This document shows positions 1-12,400 of a DNA stretch of 64,000 nt, one piece after another. This stretch comes from Amphiscolops sp. MND2022 (lineage: Eukaryota). The notes beneath the pieces were generated by a model. The model saw only the letters and a program-made list of their open reading frames with translations. It searched no databases and had not been told where the DNA came from. A program made the translations under genes and the position numbers. Where the stretch lies: NCBI GenBank assembly GCA_964187785.1, contig OZ076409.1, positions 57,166,001-57,230,000 on the forward strand, written 5' to 3'. Every line of letters starts with the position of its first letter. Position 1 is the first letter of the stretch.

Positions 1-138
1 TGCAAGTGAAAGAAACTGAGGTTTTTTTAGGACAGTAAGCGATACTTATTAGCTGTCTTCACTCAAAAATCATTGTCAATTGCACTCTGAGCTGAGGCTC
101 TATTTGGTTTACATCATGACTTTCTTTGGAATTCAAAC

Positions 139-1368
139 TAGGGGTGTAACGGGCATCAAATACAGAAATATGTCCGATCCGGTATCCGACTGGACTTTTG
201 ATGGAATCCACTGGACAAATATCTTAGCAAATGAATTGAAACAAACAAAGCTTGATTTGATGAATCGAAGACATCGTCAAAATATTTAGTGTAAAAATTT
301 GTTCAATCAACATGAGACAATCTTCGATTAACCTTCATTTGGAAGGAAACATCTGGAGCTATTCTAAGAAAACCGATCTTTTATTTCGTCACAAAAAATG
401 ACGTTTTTGCTACTTTCGATATAATTTCCTTCCTATGAACACTTCAGTCAAAAATGAATCGAAATATAGTTAGCGTATATAGTTATTAGAGAACACCGCC
501 AAAAAATTGCGATTTAAAAAAAGCCCCTGCGGAGCACAGTATTGTTTCTGCTTTTTGGACTTTCATGTTCATTAATAGAAGGGTATCTCGAATAACTAAA
601 CACTCCTGTTTAATCATTATATAACGCACAATTAATCACTCTACCAGTTTACACCGCCTTTAATTCTTCTGGGACTACAACTAAAAATATAACTACCAAG
701 CGTAGACGAAGTTTCTTTTCGCATTTGAATGCAGGCGAAGCTCTCGGCGAACGAATAATTTAACACTCGTTCGCTTCATTTCAATAACTTCGCTCCATCT
801 CAAAATGTCGGCGTACGAAAGCATAATTACGAACATTTGCTCGCTTCATCTCAATGATTTCGGCGCACGAATGCATAATTACCACTCGCTCGTCCCATCG
901 CACGAGAAACGAATTGTCGTCGGCAGCTTGAGAAATTTAAATTCACGCTTATACTCACAGCCGAACAAAATATGTGAACCTTTCAGTAGGTACTCGAATG
1001 GCGTACGCAAAGTTAACTGAAAAAAAGTTGCAAAGTTCAGATTTCAATAATATACCTGCTATCGCAGAAATAAAAAATGAAAAAAGCTTTCCGATTTTGA
1101 CACACATGTATTCATTGCCATTATTGAACCATCATTTCTCGATAAGTAGAAAATTTTTGGCATTTTGATGTTGAAGAAAAAATGCAATAAAGTCTCCTTG
1201 TTTTGGAGCAAAACTTTACTTGGCTTTTCATCATACACACAGCCTAATTCTTGATAGTCTCTCATCGCTTATTATTTAGGATCATGTCGGACAGGCCACT
1301 ATCCGGCTTCAATCCGTTATTTCCGGTTGTTCGTCCAGACGGAAATTTTCCTGTCTTGTGCACCTCTA
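139..1368. mobile_element. Non-autonomous hAT-like DNA element
   Basis: Imperfect TIRs TAGGGGTG.../...CACCTCTA flanked by near-identical 8-bp TSD attcaaac (131-138) / gttcaaac (1369-1376); no transposase ORF. Confidence 0.55.
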
Positions 1369-3466
1369 GTTCAAACGTGTAGGTGCTAGTTTTAAAGTAA
1401 CATCTTCTTTGATTTTGATAACGTAGTTCATGTGAATGTCCTGTACGTTTTTGAAGAAAACATTTTAATCATTTCTCAAAATCCAATCACCACATTTTCA
1501 TCCAAATCATTCAAAATTTGCTGGAGTCGAATGTGTTTGTTTGTTGCACATTGACAAGGTACTTGCTTAGATAGTTTGAACTTGCTCAAAACTCAACTAT
1601 GACGAGTTGAGCGAGATTCGAAGCTTATTTTGCACAAACACAGGTCTGACTTTTTAATCAGTACATCATGATCCATAAAAACTTTTGAAACCTTTTGACT
1701 CTTTTATTTTTGAAAAACTAAACTAATCCTCCAGAAAAACTTGTAAGTTGGTAACTGTTTCGTGTTCGATTTTGGTTTAGTCATAATACAAGAACATCAG
1801 AAGCTGAACAAGAAGTGCGAAATACGAAAAATAAAAATTTAGCACAATTTCCCTCATTTCACGCTTTTTTGAAGAGAAACGAACTGTTTCACTGAAAAGT
1901 TGTAAGGTAGCCAGTTTTTGTTGAATTTTGTTGATTTTCATACCCACAAAAACATGCAAATCTTTAAAAAAATTACCAAAAATTTCGTCGCCGTTCGCCA
2001 TTTTCTCTAATTCTACTAGGAATCGTCTTACTATTGAGTCTTAATAATCATTGAGTCTTGCGATAATTGTTCAATTAATACTATCATTGACTACTTTTAT
2101 TTATGATTTTGAGAGAAAAAGTTTTGAACCATTTCCTTATCCCCATCAGATACACCTTATTTCTTATCCCCCCAACACGAGTTGTTTCGCCACTTAAAGC
2201 AAAAATTACCAGGATTGTTTGATAATTTTCTAGGAAAAAAGCAAAAATTCGCCCTTGGAACAAGCTCAAACTGTATTGCAAAGCCCCGGTAAGTGGTAAG
2301 TAGTTTCACCGGTAGGATTGAAAATATACAATTGCTCAATAAGCGTCTTGATGAGTTGGTTGAATGCAATTAACTTTTTGACTCAATTTTGGTGACAGAA
2401 TGAAACTTGTTCCTAAGAACTCATTTTGATAAATAAATAATTCAAATGATATCTTTTTGTGAACGCTCATTACTATACATGAGCCGCATCGAAGAAAGAT
2501 CTTGCGAAATCGATAAATAGCTAAAAACAACGCGTCATTATTTTAAATCCTCATTACGTTTCTATACTCATTGCACTATTTGATTAACCGTTTCACTAAG
2601 TGTTTAAAACTCGTGGTTTGACTCCTTTCCACAATATTCAATTACGCACTTTGACTAATTTCCACTTCTCACATCTATACGGAATTTGATTAAATTTCAC
2701 TTTATTCTGGTACACATTAGTCAGGCTGTTAATTCTAATCTATACGACGAAATTTCTGACGACGAATTTTCTCACGACGAAATTTCTGGATTTGATTAAA
2801 AAATAACGGCTCAAAAAAGCATTCTGTCTTTGAGTTCTGTGTAAAATATCCATCAAAGTTTCCAAAGGTTGTCTTTCATAAAAGTGTCCAAAATTTAAAA
2901 ACCGGTTTTAGCCTTTTTCGGGCCTTTCAACGTTTTTTTTGAGAAAAAAACTTATTTCTCTTCGGAAGGGTAAGTACAGGGTCACGACTTTTGACTTTAA
3001 CGCTTGAGCCACAACTTCTGTGGAAAATGTATTCCATGTTCTGTTATGCCCTAACAAATACTTGAAGGTAAAAAACTATCCAAAAACGCACGAGTCTGTG
3101 CTACGCTCAAAGAACATGGCATAAAGTAAATTTTTGTAGCTACTCATCAATCATGTTCACGATGCTGAGCTTTTAGCAGTTATGTGGGTGTTCTGTAAGC
3201 AAAGACCATCTACTTGGAGGTTCTAGAAAAAACCTGCTTCTGATTCGAAATGAATTTTGCAGAAGGAAAAAAATTCTAACGTCGTATTTTTGAGAAATTC
3301 GCCCATCTTTTGTACAATTTTTGATTTCCTTCAAAGGGTCCCAATGCCTCATGAAGGGGACCCTTCAATATCTGAAGATAGCTAAAGTGTGAATAAGGAG
3401 CAAAGAAGTTTTAAAAAATACAGCAAAGTTGGTACAATATGGAAAAAAGGAACTTCAAGTTCCTTT

Positions 3467-4013
3467 TTTTAGTCGGCGCTTTTCGAAGAAAAACGCAGAC
3501 TATAGTAGTGACTTTTTTTAAGACCAACGAACTGACAGATTTATAAAGAGTTATAAATAGCTGAGCTGACTTCACTGCACTAACAGTAACTGCAACGCTA
3601 GCTATCACTGCTGGCACTTGGCATAGAGGTTAATTAAGCTTTTTGAGGTCTGCCAAGCAGAAGGACGTGGGTTCGAGTCCCGTCCTTGATCAAATTTTTT
3701 TCGGCAGGTTTTTTCGGCTTTGTGAGACTTTTTTCGCAATTTTTTTTAATGTCTCCAAAGGGTCCACCCTTCATTTTTTTTCTATTTTGCATAAGAATGG
3801 ATGTTCAAAACCTCCCAAAGGGCCCCTTTTACAATTTTTCGGCACTATGCGACTTACCGGAGACCAAAAAATTTCGAAAATTCAAAAAAATTCGGATTTT
3901 TTTAAATTTTTCCTCACGCGGGTACTGTAGAAGAGAATACTTGACACTTTGAAGTCCCTTTGCTATTTTTGAGCCTTATATATGGCGCCGACTTGGGCCG
4001 TTCCCGGCTTGTT
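3467..4013 (+). mobile_element. Non-autonomous Helentron (DINE/HINE-like) element
   Basis: Starts in a T-run with agtcggcgc; inverted copy gcgccgact at 3985-3993, then hairpin gccg-ttcc-cggc and TTGTT end; a shorter copy with the same ends lies at 6164-6330. Confidence 0.6.
3612..3686 (+). pseudogene. tRNA-like (Gly-GCC-like) relic inside the Helentron-like element
   Basis: A-box-like tggcatagaggtt, ctgccaa anticodon-loop-like segment and B-box ggttcgagtccc; no convincing cloverleaf. Confidence 0.4.
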
Positions 4014-6163
4014 CCACATTGTACCAACTAAGTTAGGTGCCGAGAAAATGTCAGAAAAGGGTCTCTTGGTCTTTGGAACATTTGTTAGTTTGTTTGGTCT
4101 TTTTTAGTCTGAAATGGTTCGGTTAGACACCACAGAAGAAAGAACAAAGACAAAAGGATATCGAAAAATTTTTTTACCAATGACAACTGAATAGAAATTT
4201 TTAAATTCTAATCTACGTTCTGGTTGCTACTCCTGGTAACCACTTTGTAGAAAGCGAAACAGTTGATCATCAAAACAAGATTTTATTGCAAATGGTTTAT
4301 CCGAATTTTACATGTTGTAACCGATTTTGGTTATTTCATTCATTATACTAGAAAAAAACGTTTTGCACAATTTGATTCGAAAAAATACCGGCGTTAGCGG
4401 TCGGGTTGGAACCCACGACGTAGCTTCCAACATATGAACACATGCAACTTTTTCATTGAGCATTTCAACGAGATTGAAAACCGGCTGCTTTGGACTATAA
4501 TGGTTCATTTGGACACTAGAGGTCATATTCACTTATCAGAAGTCGTTAAACTTTTTGATGCCATAAACATGACATGAAAGACGTTTCATTACATTTCATA
4601 TTTGTGGTGTTCCGTAAGCACCGAATTTATCAAAATGAATCGCTGGCTTGTAAATCACTTCAATTACTGTTTCCAATCCAAATCTCTTATCTCGCTCATG
4701 AACTATGCTTGTTTTTGCCAATACGTTGATTTAAATCTCAAAATTAGTCAACCTTCGATGCTTATCGCTAAAACTATTTGCATTAACCATTATCTGTCAT
4801 GGATATGTTTCTTTGTGTCCTTTAATAGGTAATAGCTAAAAGCTGGACTGAATTTTATCGCTAACATCACAAACGGATTCTAATGTATCAACTCGTAAAC
4901 CCAATTTACCATTCCGATTGTCGATGCATGTAACCTCAAAATTTGTAACTTCGACCATTTACCGAGAGACAGGAAGGTTTCCTTCAGTAAAAAATTCCGG
5001 ATTTACATCTAAAATGCAACCCAGGACGTGCTTTTGCAGGTGTAATAAGCATACGCTAAGGAAGAAAAACAAAATAAATTTTTAGATTAAAGTACAAAAT
5101 TTCCTTTCATGTAACTAGATGCCGGCAAACGGAACCTTTCAAGTGATATTATCCTGGAAATTAGGCGCTTTTCAAAAACGCTGCATATAAGGCAAGTGTA
5201 CATTTTACTATTTTCACTCTAATTGCGGAGCCCAATAACATAGTTTGCACTCAATTACGTTTAAGCGTCCTGTAAAATGCCAGTAAGAAAATGATGATCT
5301 CAAAAAGGAAGTTGCGCTTTTGATTGAAACGTACCTTAATACGATGAGGAATGAATATGAGCAGAAAACATTTACAGCGTGATTTTCAGTTTAAAAAATG
5401 CCATTCGAGGCGACGTTGTGTCATTCAGAAATCGGCTTTCGGGGCTCAGTAAAGCTGCAAACGCAAAATTGAGCGTAGCAAAACCAAGTTCCGTTTTGGC
5501 TTGTATCGCTTTTGCAAAAACTACGTTGACGCTTCAAGCGACCAAATCATTGTTTGAATAATAGTGTTCGTGTTGGGCGGACATAAGAAACTAGGTGCGT
5601 CGGGGGAGGGATGTGCGGGGACTCTGAAAGAATATCTAACATGGTTCAAAATTTTGTGATTTGGATAAAAGAACAGACCTTTCGACTTAAATAATGAATA
5701 CTAGTAATTGATACTGATATTTCGCATTCACATTTGAAGAATGTCCAGAATCACACACCGAGAACTTTAAATAATAGTCATTTATCAATAATCATTATTC
5801 GCTTCGTGTCAATAATCGTAGTAAAGTGGATCCCGGTGATAAACCCGCTCATAGTCGATTTGTGCCTCAGTCCTGTCCATCAAAAACAGGCTCGCCTTTG
5901 GGGCACAAATATATTTCTGCTTTAAGCTACAATAACCAGTAACTTCAATGTTCGATAAGAACATCTGAAATAGATATACAGTAGTGATATTATTAAAAGC
6001 AAAAGGCAAATCTCAAAATCGAATATACCTAAAACAGCACCGATTTTTGAAAAATGACAAAGTTTTGTTTTGTTTCCGAATATGTTTGTTTGAAATTCAT
6101 GCGATAAAAATAATAAAACTTACGACAAGCCATTTTTAGCCAAATTTAGGTCAAAATTGAGGA

Positions 6164-6330
6164 TTTTAGTCGGCGTTTTCCGTAGAAAAATGCAGACTAT
6201 AGTAGTGACTTTTTTTAGTCGGCGCTTTTCGTAGAAAAGCGCAGACTATAGTAGTGACTTTTTCAAGACCAACGAACTGACGGATTTTATACGCTGACTT
6301 GAACTAATACTAGGCCGTTCCCGGCTTGTT
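6164..6330 (+). mobile_element. Short Helentron-like copy with duplicated 5' end
   Basis: Two tandem copies of ttttagtcggcg...gactatagtagtgact and the same 3' end ggccgttcccggcttgtt as 3467-4013. Confidence 0.6.
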
Positions 6331-7000
6331 CTCTTTTGGTCTACTTTGGTAAACTCTTTGGATTTCAACGATGAATCACGACATGAAGAACTCCAAAAAA
6401 CTCAATCAAGAATTACTACTTGTACTCATTCTGAATTTCAAAACTAGCTCTAAACTGATGAACTATTTATTCAATGATTTACCACTTTGAAAAAACTTGA
6501 TGAAATTGAACCATGTTGAATAAAGATTCCATTGAATAGAAATGATAGACCCAGATTGATTGGAACGGTCTATCCTTTCGTTAACGTTTGTTTTGCGATT
6601 GAATATCCAGACCTACCAATCAATCTGGGCCGCTCTAAACGAGCCAACAACAAGTGAAAGATGATCTAAAGGCAAATACGCCCAAAGATTTTACAACTTT
6701 TGCTCGAACATTTTGAAAAAATTTATGTTCAATGGACCCCCAGATTTTACTGAAGCCCCTGATATGATTTGATTGACAAATGATTGAGAAATTGGAATGA
6801 AAATAAGATGTAAAATTAAGCTTTTTCAAAAATACATGTATTAAGAAACAATTTTGAAATACGTCCACTTAAAACAAGCTCATACTTTTGCAATTTACAA
6901 TATTTTCGAGAAAAATATCAGATTCGAAATATTCGGTAGAATTTTTCTGTCAAAACTATTTGAAATCAGAAAAGTGAAGTAAGGTCAACACTTCAAAATA

Positions 7001-7355
7001 CTAAACCAGTGTCGCATAAGCGGTAAAGGAGTCGGCTTAAGTCTTTTTCCCTCTGACTCGCTCGAATCCCAGCCATACGAATTTATTGAAATTACATACA
7101 TAGGACCATAATATGGTGTAGGATGACTAGAAAATTTCGTTCGAATCGTATGGACAGTTTTCAAGGAAATCGAAAAAAGTCGAGAAATGGCTGTGCCTTT
7201 GCGCATGCAGGGTGCCCCATTGGGTGTAGAATGACTGCAAAATTTTATGAAAATCGTACGGACAGTTTTTGAGAAATTCGAAATTTTCATGAAAGGTCGG
7301 GAGAAAAAAACGACACGATTGCATAAGTAGTCGAACATTTCCGACTCCTAAAAAA
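7001..7355 (-). mobile_element. Second Helentron-like non-autonomous family
   Basis: Minus strand begins tttttaggagtcgg; subterminal inverted ccgactcct followed by hairpin cgc-ttat-gcg near the 3' end. Confidence 0.45.
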
Positions 7356-9449
7356 CGATGATTTGGAAATAGATCTCCACGAATGAAATGAGCGCGTGAG
7401 ACCTTTATCAGCCAATGAGATTTGTTCATTTGCTCTCTTCTCGCGTGCTTTGTTGCTTTCAAAAATATGACTACTGTACACTCCTGTTGATTCATTACAT
7501 AGCGTTTAATTAATCACCATCAGCTTACACTGCCTTTGATTAGTCTCGGACGATTGGTCTCAAGCTTTGTTACTTGAAAAGAATACAAATACTAAGCAAA
7601 TATGACGTTTCGGTTTAGTATCATTTCACCCCACATTCATTTCACACCATATTGTAATTATACAAAAGCGTCTCGCCTTAATTAAACCAATTAACGACTA
7701 GCCTCGCTGCTACGAGAGTATAATAAACTAGCTTAAGACTTGAAGTACCGCTGAATCACTGCTACCAGAATTGTCGATCAAAACGGGACGTTTTTTGACG
7801 TCGAAGCATTAAAAACTAAACAATGTCACGAAACTATTTTACAATTGGCATCAACAAATGGACCAATAAACTTGAATATTTAAAAACACTGTTAATTTAA
7901 CCCTGGTTTAAGAGCGTCGTAAAAACCCTGGTTTTGCCGAGATGCTTGAAAGAGTTGACTAACAAATGACCGTTTTCTATAGAAACTTCGCAATGAAATA
8001 TTTTTGTTTTGTACACAACTTGAAATGTCTGGAAGGGGGGCACTCCGTGTGGTGAAAGTCTCAGAATTTAAATTTATAACTTGATAAAGTCAAACTGAAA
8101 TATTAGAACAGAAGGTGGAATCAACATTTCGCTATATGTCCACCTAGCGAGACGGGGTAGCTGGTTTATATGCGATCTCCCTTTGATTGCTCGAGAAGAT
8201 GAAGTTCAAAAAGTAACAGAGTACCTAGATAAATCAGAAAATGAATTACAAATTACCAGCCATCATTTACATCAAAAAAGCAGTCCGATTGTACCCGATG
8301 AAGTGTTTTGCATAAAACAAGAATATTTTGTTTGCATTTCGAAAAGGTCCAATTTTTGTTCGACGACCAGCTTTGAGAGAAAATTCAATTGCTACATGAA
8401 TCTAAATGTTGCAGCGGTTGAAAAAAAGAATCAGGTGAAAAATTATAATTTTAACTCGGTCTTAGTGAAGTAATAAAAATCTGGTTTGTATTCATCATTT
8501 TTACATATTCATTGCTTCCAAATTACCGATGCATCAAACAAGTCAATACAGTTGACCACATTATTTGATGGGAACACAAAACTTCATTAGCCAAAAGGGG
8601 TAGAAAAGTTAATGGAAAGACCAACAACTTGATAGAGTAACCAAAACGACAAAGCACGAGAAAATGACCTGTGCACTTTGTTAGAGCCATGTGAATGAGT
8701 TCAGCAAACAATCTGAAGGCATAATTTGCAATTGCGAAGGCGTCAAATGATAGGCAATTACGGAAACGCTTTTTGGTCATTATTTTGATAAGAAAACAAG
8801 AATTATTTCAGGTGTCACCTTATTCCCGTCATCGCTTCATTCTCTGCATAGACGTTTTAGGGCATAATGATGGAAACGCATCCTTTCGAAAAATTTAGTT
8901 CATATCGCTTGAGGCACACAAACAAAATACTTCATTGATTGTCAAAAACATCTGAAACAGTTGGGCAAGACTCCTGGGTGTCGCTCAGAAAATCATTGCA
9001 ATCGTGGAGAAAAAGTACCTTTTTGAGAATAATGTGCCAAATTTGCTCTTGATATTTTGCATCATTTTGCTTTTTCGGATAACTTTTCAACTATGCAGAA
9101 AATAAATGCCGGAAATTTAAATCTAATACCGGCCGTTTTTAGCGTAATAATGCCGGGAAAAAGTTCTTCCTAGAAACAACACACAACTTTATAGATGGTA
9201 GGCGGTATATAGCACCTCGAAAATCAATGCCACAGGAAACTCACCTTTACAATAGTTAATATCATTTTGTTTGTAGGATCAAATTCAGTTCAGATCCGGA
9301 TCATTAAAGCAATTAAAACTATTTACATTGATTCAGCTCTTAGAATACCAAGATATAAATGCCGATTTCCATGACTTGAGTGTATGATTCAACAAGCCCT
9401 TGAGCAAGACTGAATATTGATGGCAGTAGATGACATTCTGATGCTTGAT

Positions 9450-12400
9450 TTAGAAACTGACCCTGTCGAAAGAGTGCAGCAGGAGTTGGAAATCGTCATA
9501 CATGGCGCCTAGCTCAGCAGCTGAAACCAAGCCCAACAACGCGATGTCCAACACTTCTCTGGCTCGGCATTTCTTCAACACCCTCAGAACAGGAACCAAT
9601 GACATATTCTCGCCGGACGCGCACGCCTCAACAGCCTCATTCATGCTAGACATAGCCATCAACTCCTCCACCGCGTTTTCAGGCGTGTCTCTGTTTTTCC
9701 AAATGATTTTGCACGCTTCTCGTCCGGTTGAGGCCAAGCTGCCCAAAACTGTCGTATGCTGATTAAACTCGAGCTGGCTTTGCACTGTTCTCCAGAACTC
9801 AAACGACTGAGTCCCTTCGCAGTGGAATGATATGCCACTTGAGCCTTCAGCGATTTCTTTTCCCAGCATTAGTCTGACAACTTCGTTTACTTTCTCGAAG
9901 TAGTATAACTCCTGATGAAGAGCTGAGCAACATGGTAGCATTTCATCTTCATCTCCAGCCTTTGCTGTTTTTCGGAACCTGTACAGACAAAGTCCGGCTG
10001 TAGATTCAGATCCACATACAACACACTCCGGGCTGACTTCCAGACATCTCATGGCTAGTTCATCATCAACTACGGCTTGACACTTTCTAGACGTAACGTA
10101 TGACTCACAGTGATGACATTTTGGAATTTCTCGTTTAAATTTCAGTTCCTTCTGTTTCGCTTTTTCCAGGAAATATCCAATTGCGCTCACTTCCGGGTCA
10201 TCTGGACCTTTTTCTCCGAATGCTCGGTTGTACAAGGCTTCCAGAGCCCTTCTCACAGCTGAGTTGAGCTCGCTCTCAGTCAAGCCAACATCACCATAAT
10301 CCTTTACTCCATTCTTTTTTGCCAACTCGCGAAGCTCGTTGAATCGTTTTCGGACTAAATCGGGAATCGTCTGTGCTAGAGCGAAGTCAGATTGATCTGG
10401 GTTATCTGATAGGCATTGACGCACTGACTCATCAGCTCGTTCACTCAACATTACATTATCATCGACCGCTGTCTGATCAATTGCTTCACTTTTCGGGAAA
10501 AGTTCCGCAAATTTGGATGAGTCATTAGCAACTAGAATAGCTTTTTCTACATCCGAGAGCGATTCCAAGATCTCTTTGCACAGCTGTTCTCGTCGGATGG
10601 GATCTACATTCTTGTTTTTCAACACACACTCATCGGCGAATACCACTTTTTCCAGGGGAGTAAGCTCTGATATTTCCGCCATGTTGTCTTCCTTGAACTG
10701 CGCAAAATTAGGAGATTCGCTGGCTCTTTTTATCAGATCTTCATCCACAAAATTGATCAAATTCACGAGATCAGGGTTGTTTTTGGTAATATCACTTATG
10801 ATATCCTTATTGCGTTTCGCAGGCTTAGTGTCTTTCTCCTGATTAGCCAATTGTCTCTTCATTTTTTCGATGTTTGAAATGTTTGTATCGGCAGACTTGA
10901 CTCCCATCTCAGACTCGGTGATAATTTTCAGAAGACCCGGGTTGTTATATACACTTTCCGGATCAATTGCTGACAAGGAATTCAAAAGACTCGAGTCCGG
11001 GATTTCGTTTGAAAGTTGACCATTGATGATTCTTTCACACAGGTCATCAATAACCGGCTCCGTCGGCTTCAGGGGTGGCGTGATTTTCATAGCAGCTTCG
11101 TTTCTCTTCTTCAATTTGTCTTCGAATGAGTCATCACCAGCCACGTCGCCTTTAGCTGCATCTTCGAAAAGAGCATTGCTCTTAGCGATGAGATCATCGA
11201 TATCTTCAATGTCCTCGCTCGAGTTGTCGAACACTGGGTTTTCAAGAACCGACTCGAGATATGATTCAAACGTAGGAGTTGCGATCATCCAAGGAAGCGA
11301 TTTGTCTGTTTCAAGAGCTTTCATGATTGCATCATAGATGCGGCCATCAATTCCTACCGGGTCGTAACCCTGTTCTGACTTTATCATCCAATCATTGACA
11401 TTCTCAGGTAGTTTTTCATCTTCTCGCTTTTGGGTCATGACTTTTCCGGTCAAAAGCAACATCCCGACTTTACCTTCTTTGGAAACAAAAAGTTTAGCTG
11501 CGTCACCTGCTTCCTGTTGGATCAACTCGTCGATAGCCTTGTCCAAGTTATTCAAAGAAGCATCACTTCCTCCGCTTTTCTTCGCTTCTTTCAGCGCGTT
11601 GATATATTTTTGGAATTTGGATTTAAACAAAGGACTGGCCAAGGTAGCGAGCGAACTTGTGGCTCCTTTTGCAGCGACGCCAAGACGGAGTTTTTGCAAA
11701 TCCTCTTCGCTGAGAGATGGGTACTTGTCTTGTGCGTCTTTGGTGGATACAGCATTTGCTAGTTTAAGTGCAAACTTCTGTTGGAATATTTCAGGTTCAG
11801 CGTCAACACCGAGAGCAGCCCGCAGCATATCGTTAGAAGCAATGACCCCTGAGTTAGGAGTATTTTCGTCATTTCGCAAACTTTGGCAAGAAGTTAAAGC
11901 TAAAGCTTTCTTGACATCGAAATCCTGGTTTTCGTAAATGTCTTTCGAAGCTTCATTGAAAAGACTCCTCTCATAACTGCGTGCGAAATCAAACAAGGTT
12001 TTGTAATGAGCTGGAGATATTTGGTCCTCCGTTGCAACTTGCCTCGCTTCCTTCCTGAACAAGGCAACTTCAGTTGCGGCGTTACCAGTTGTCAGAGCAA
12101 GATCGTTGTACGTGTCGTCAGTGAGAGTTTTAGAACCCACAAAGATGGGGTCTTCTTCAACCATATGCTCATCCAGTTTAGCACGCTGTTCCGAAGTTGG
12201 AAAAAACTTCAAGCCACGTCCGAACACATTAAGTCCCAAATCGTCCTGAATGATAATCTGAGGGGACGTGCGATAGAGATAACTGAGTTCTTTAACGCCA
12301 TACTTTTGAGCGTCTGATTCTTGTCTCAAGTTATTTTTGTATTCAACGAAACAGTCGTTGACAAGTTCCGAGAACTTGGCTCCTGTTATCACATCGCCCC

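Noticed and set aside
3612..3686. Functional tRNA gene
   Set aside because: Acceptor and D stems do not pair convincingly; embedded in a repeat
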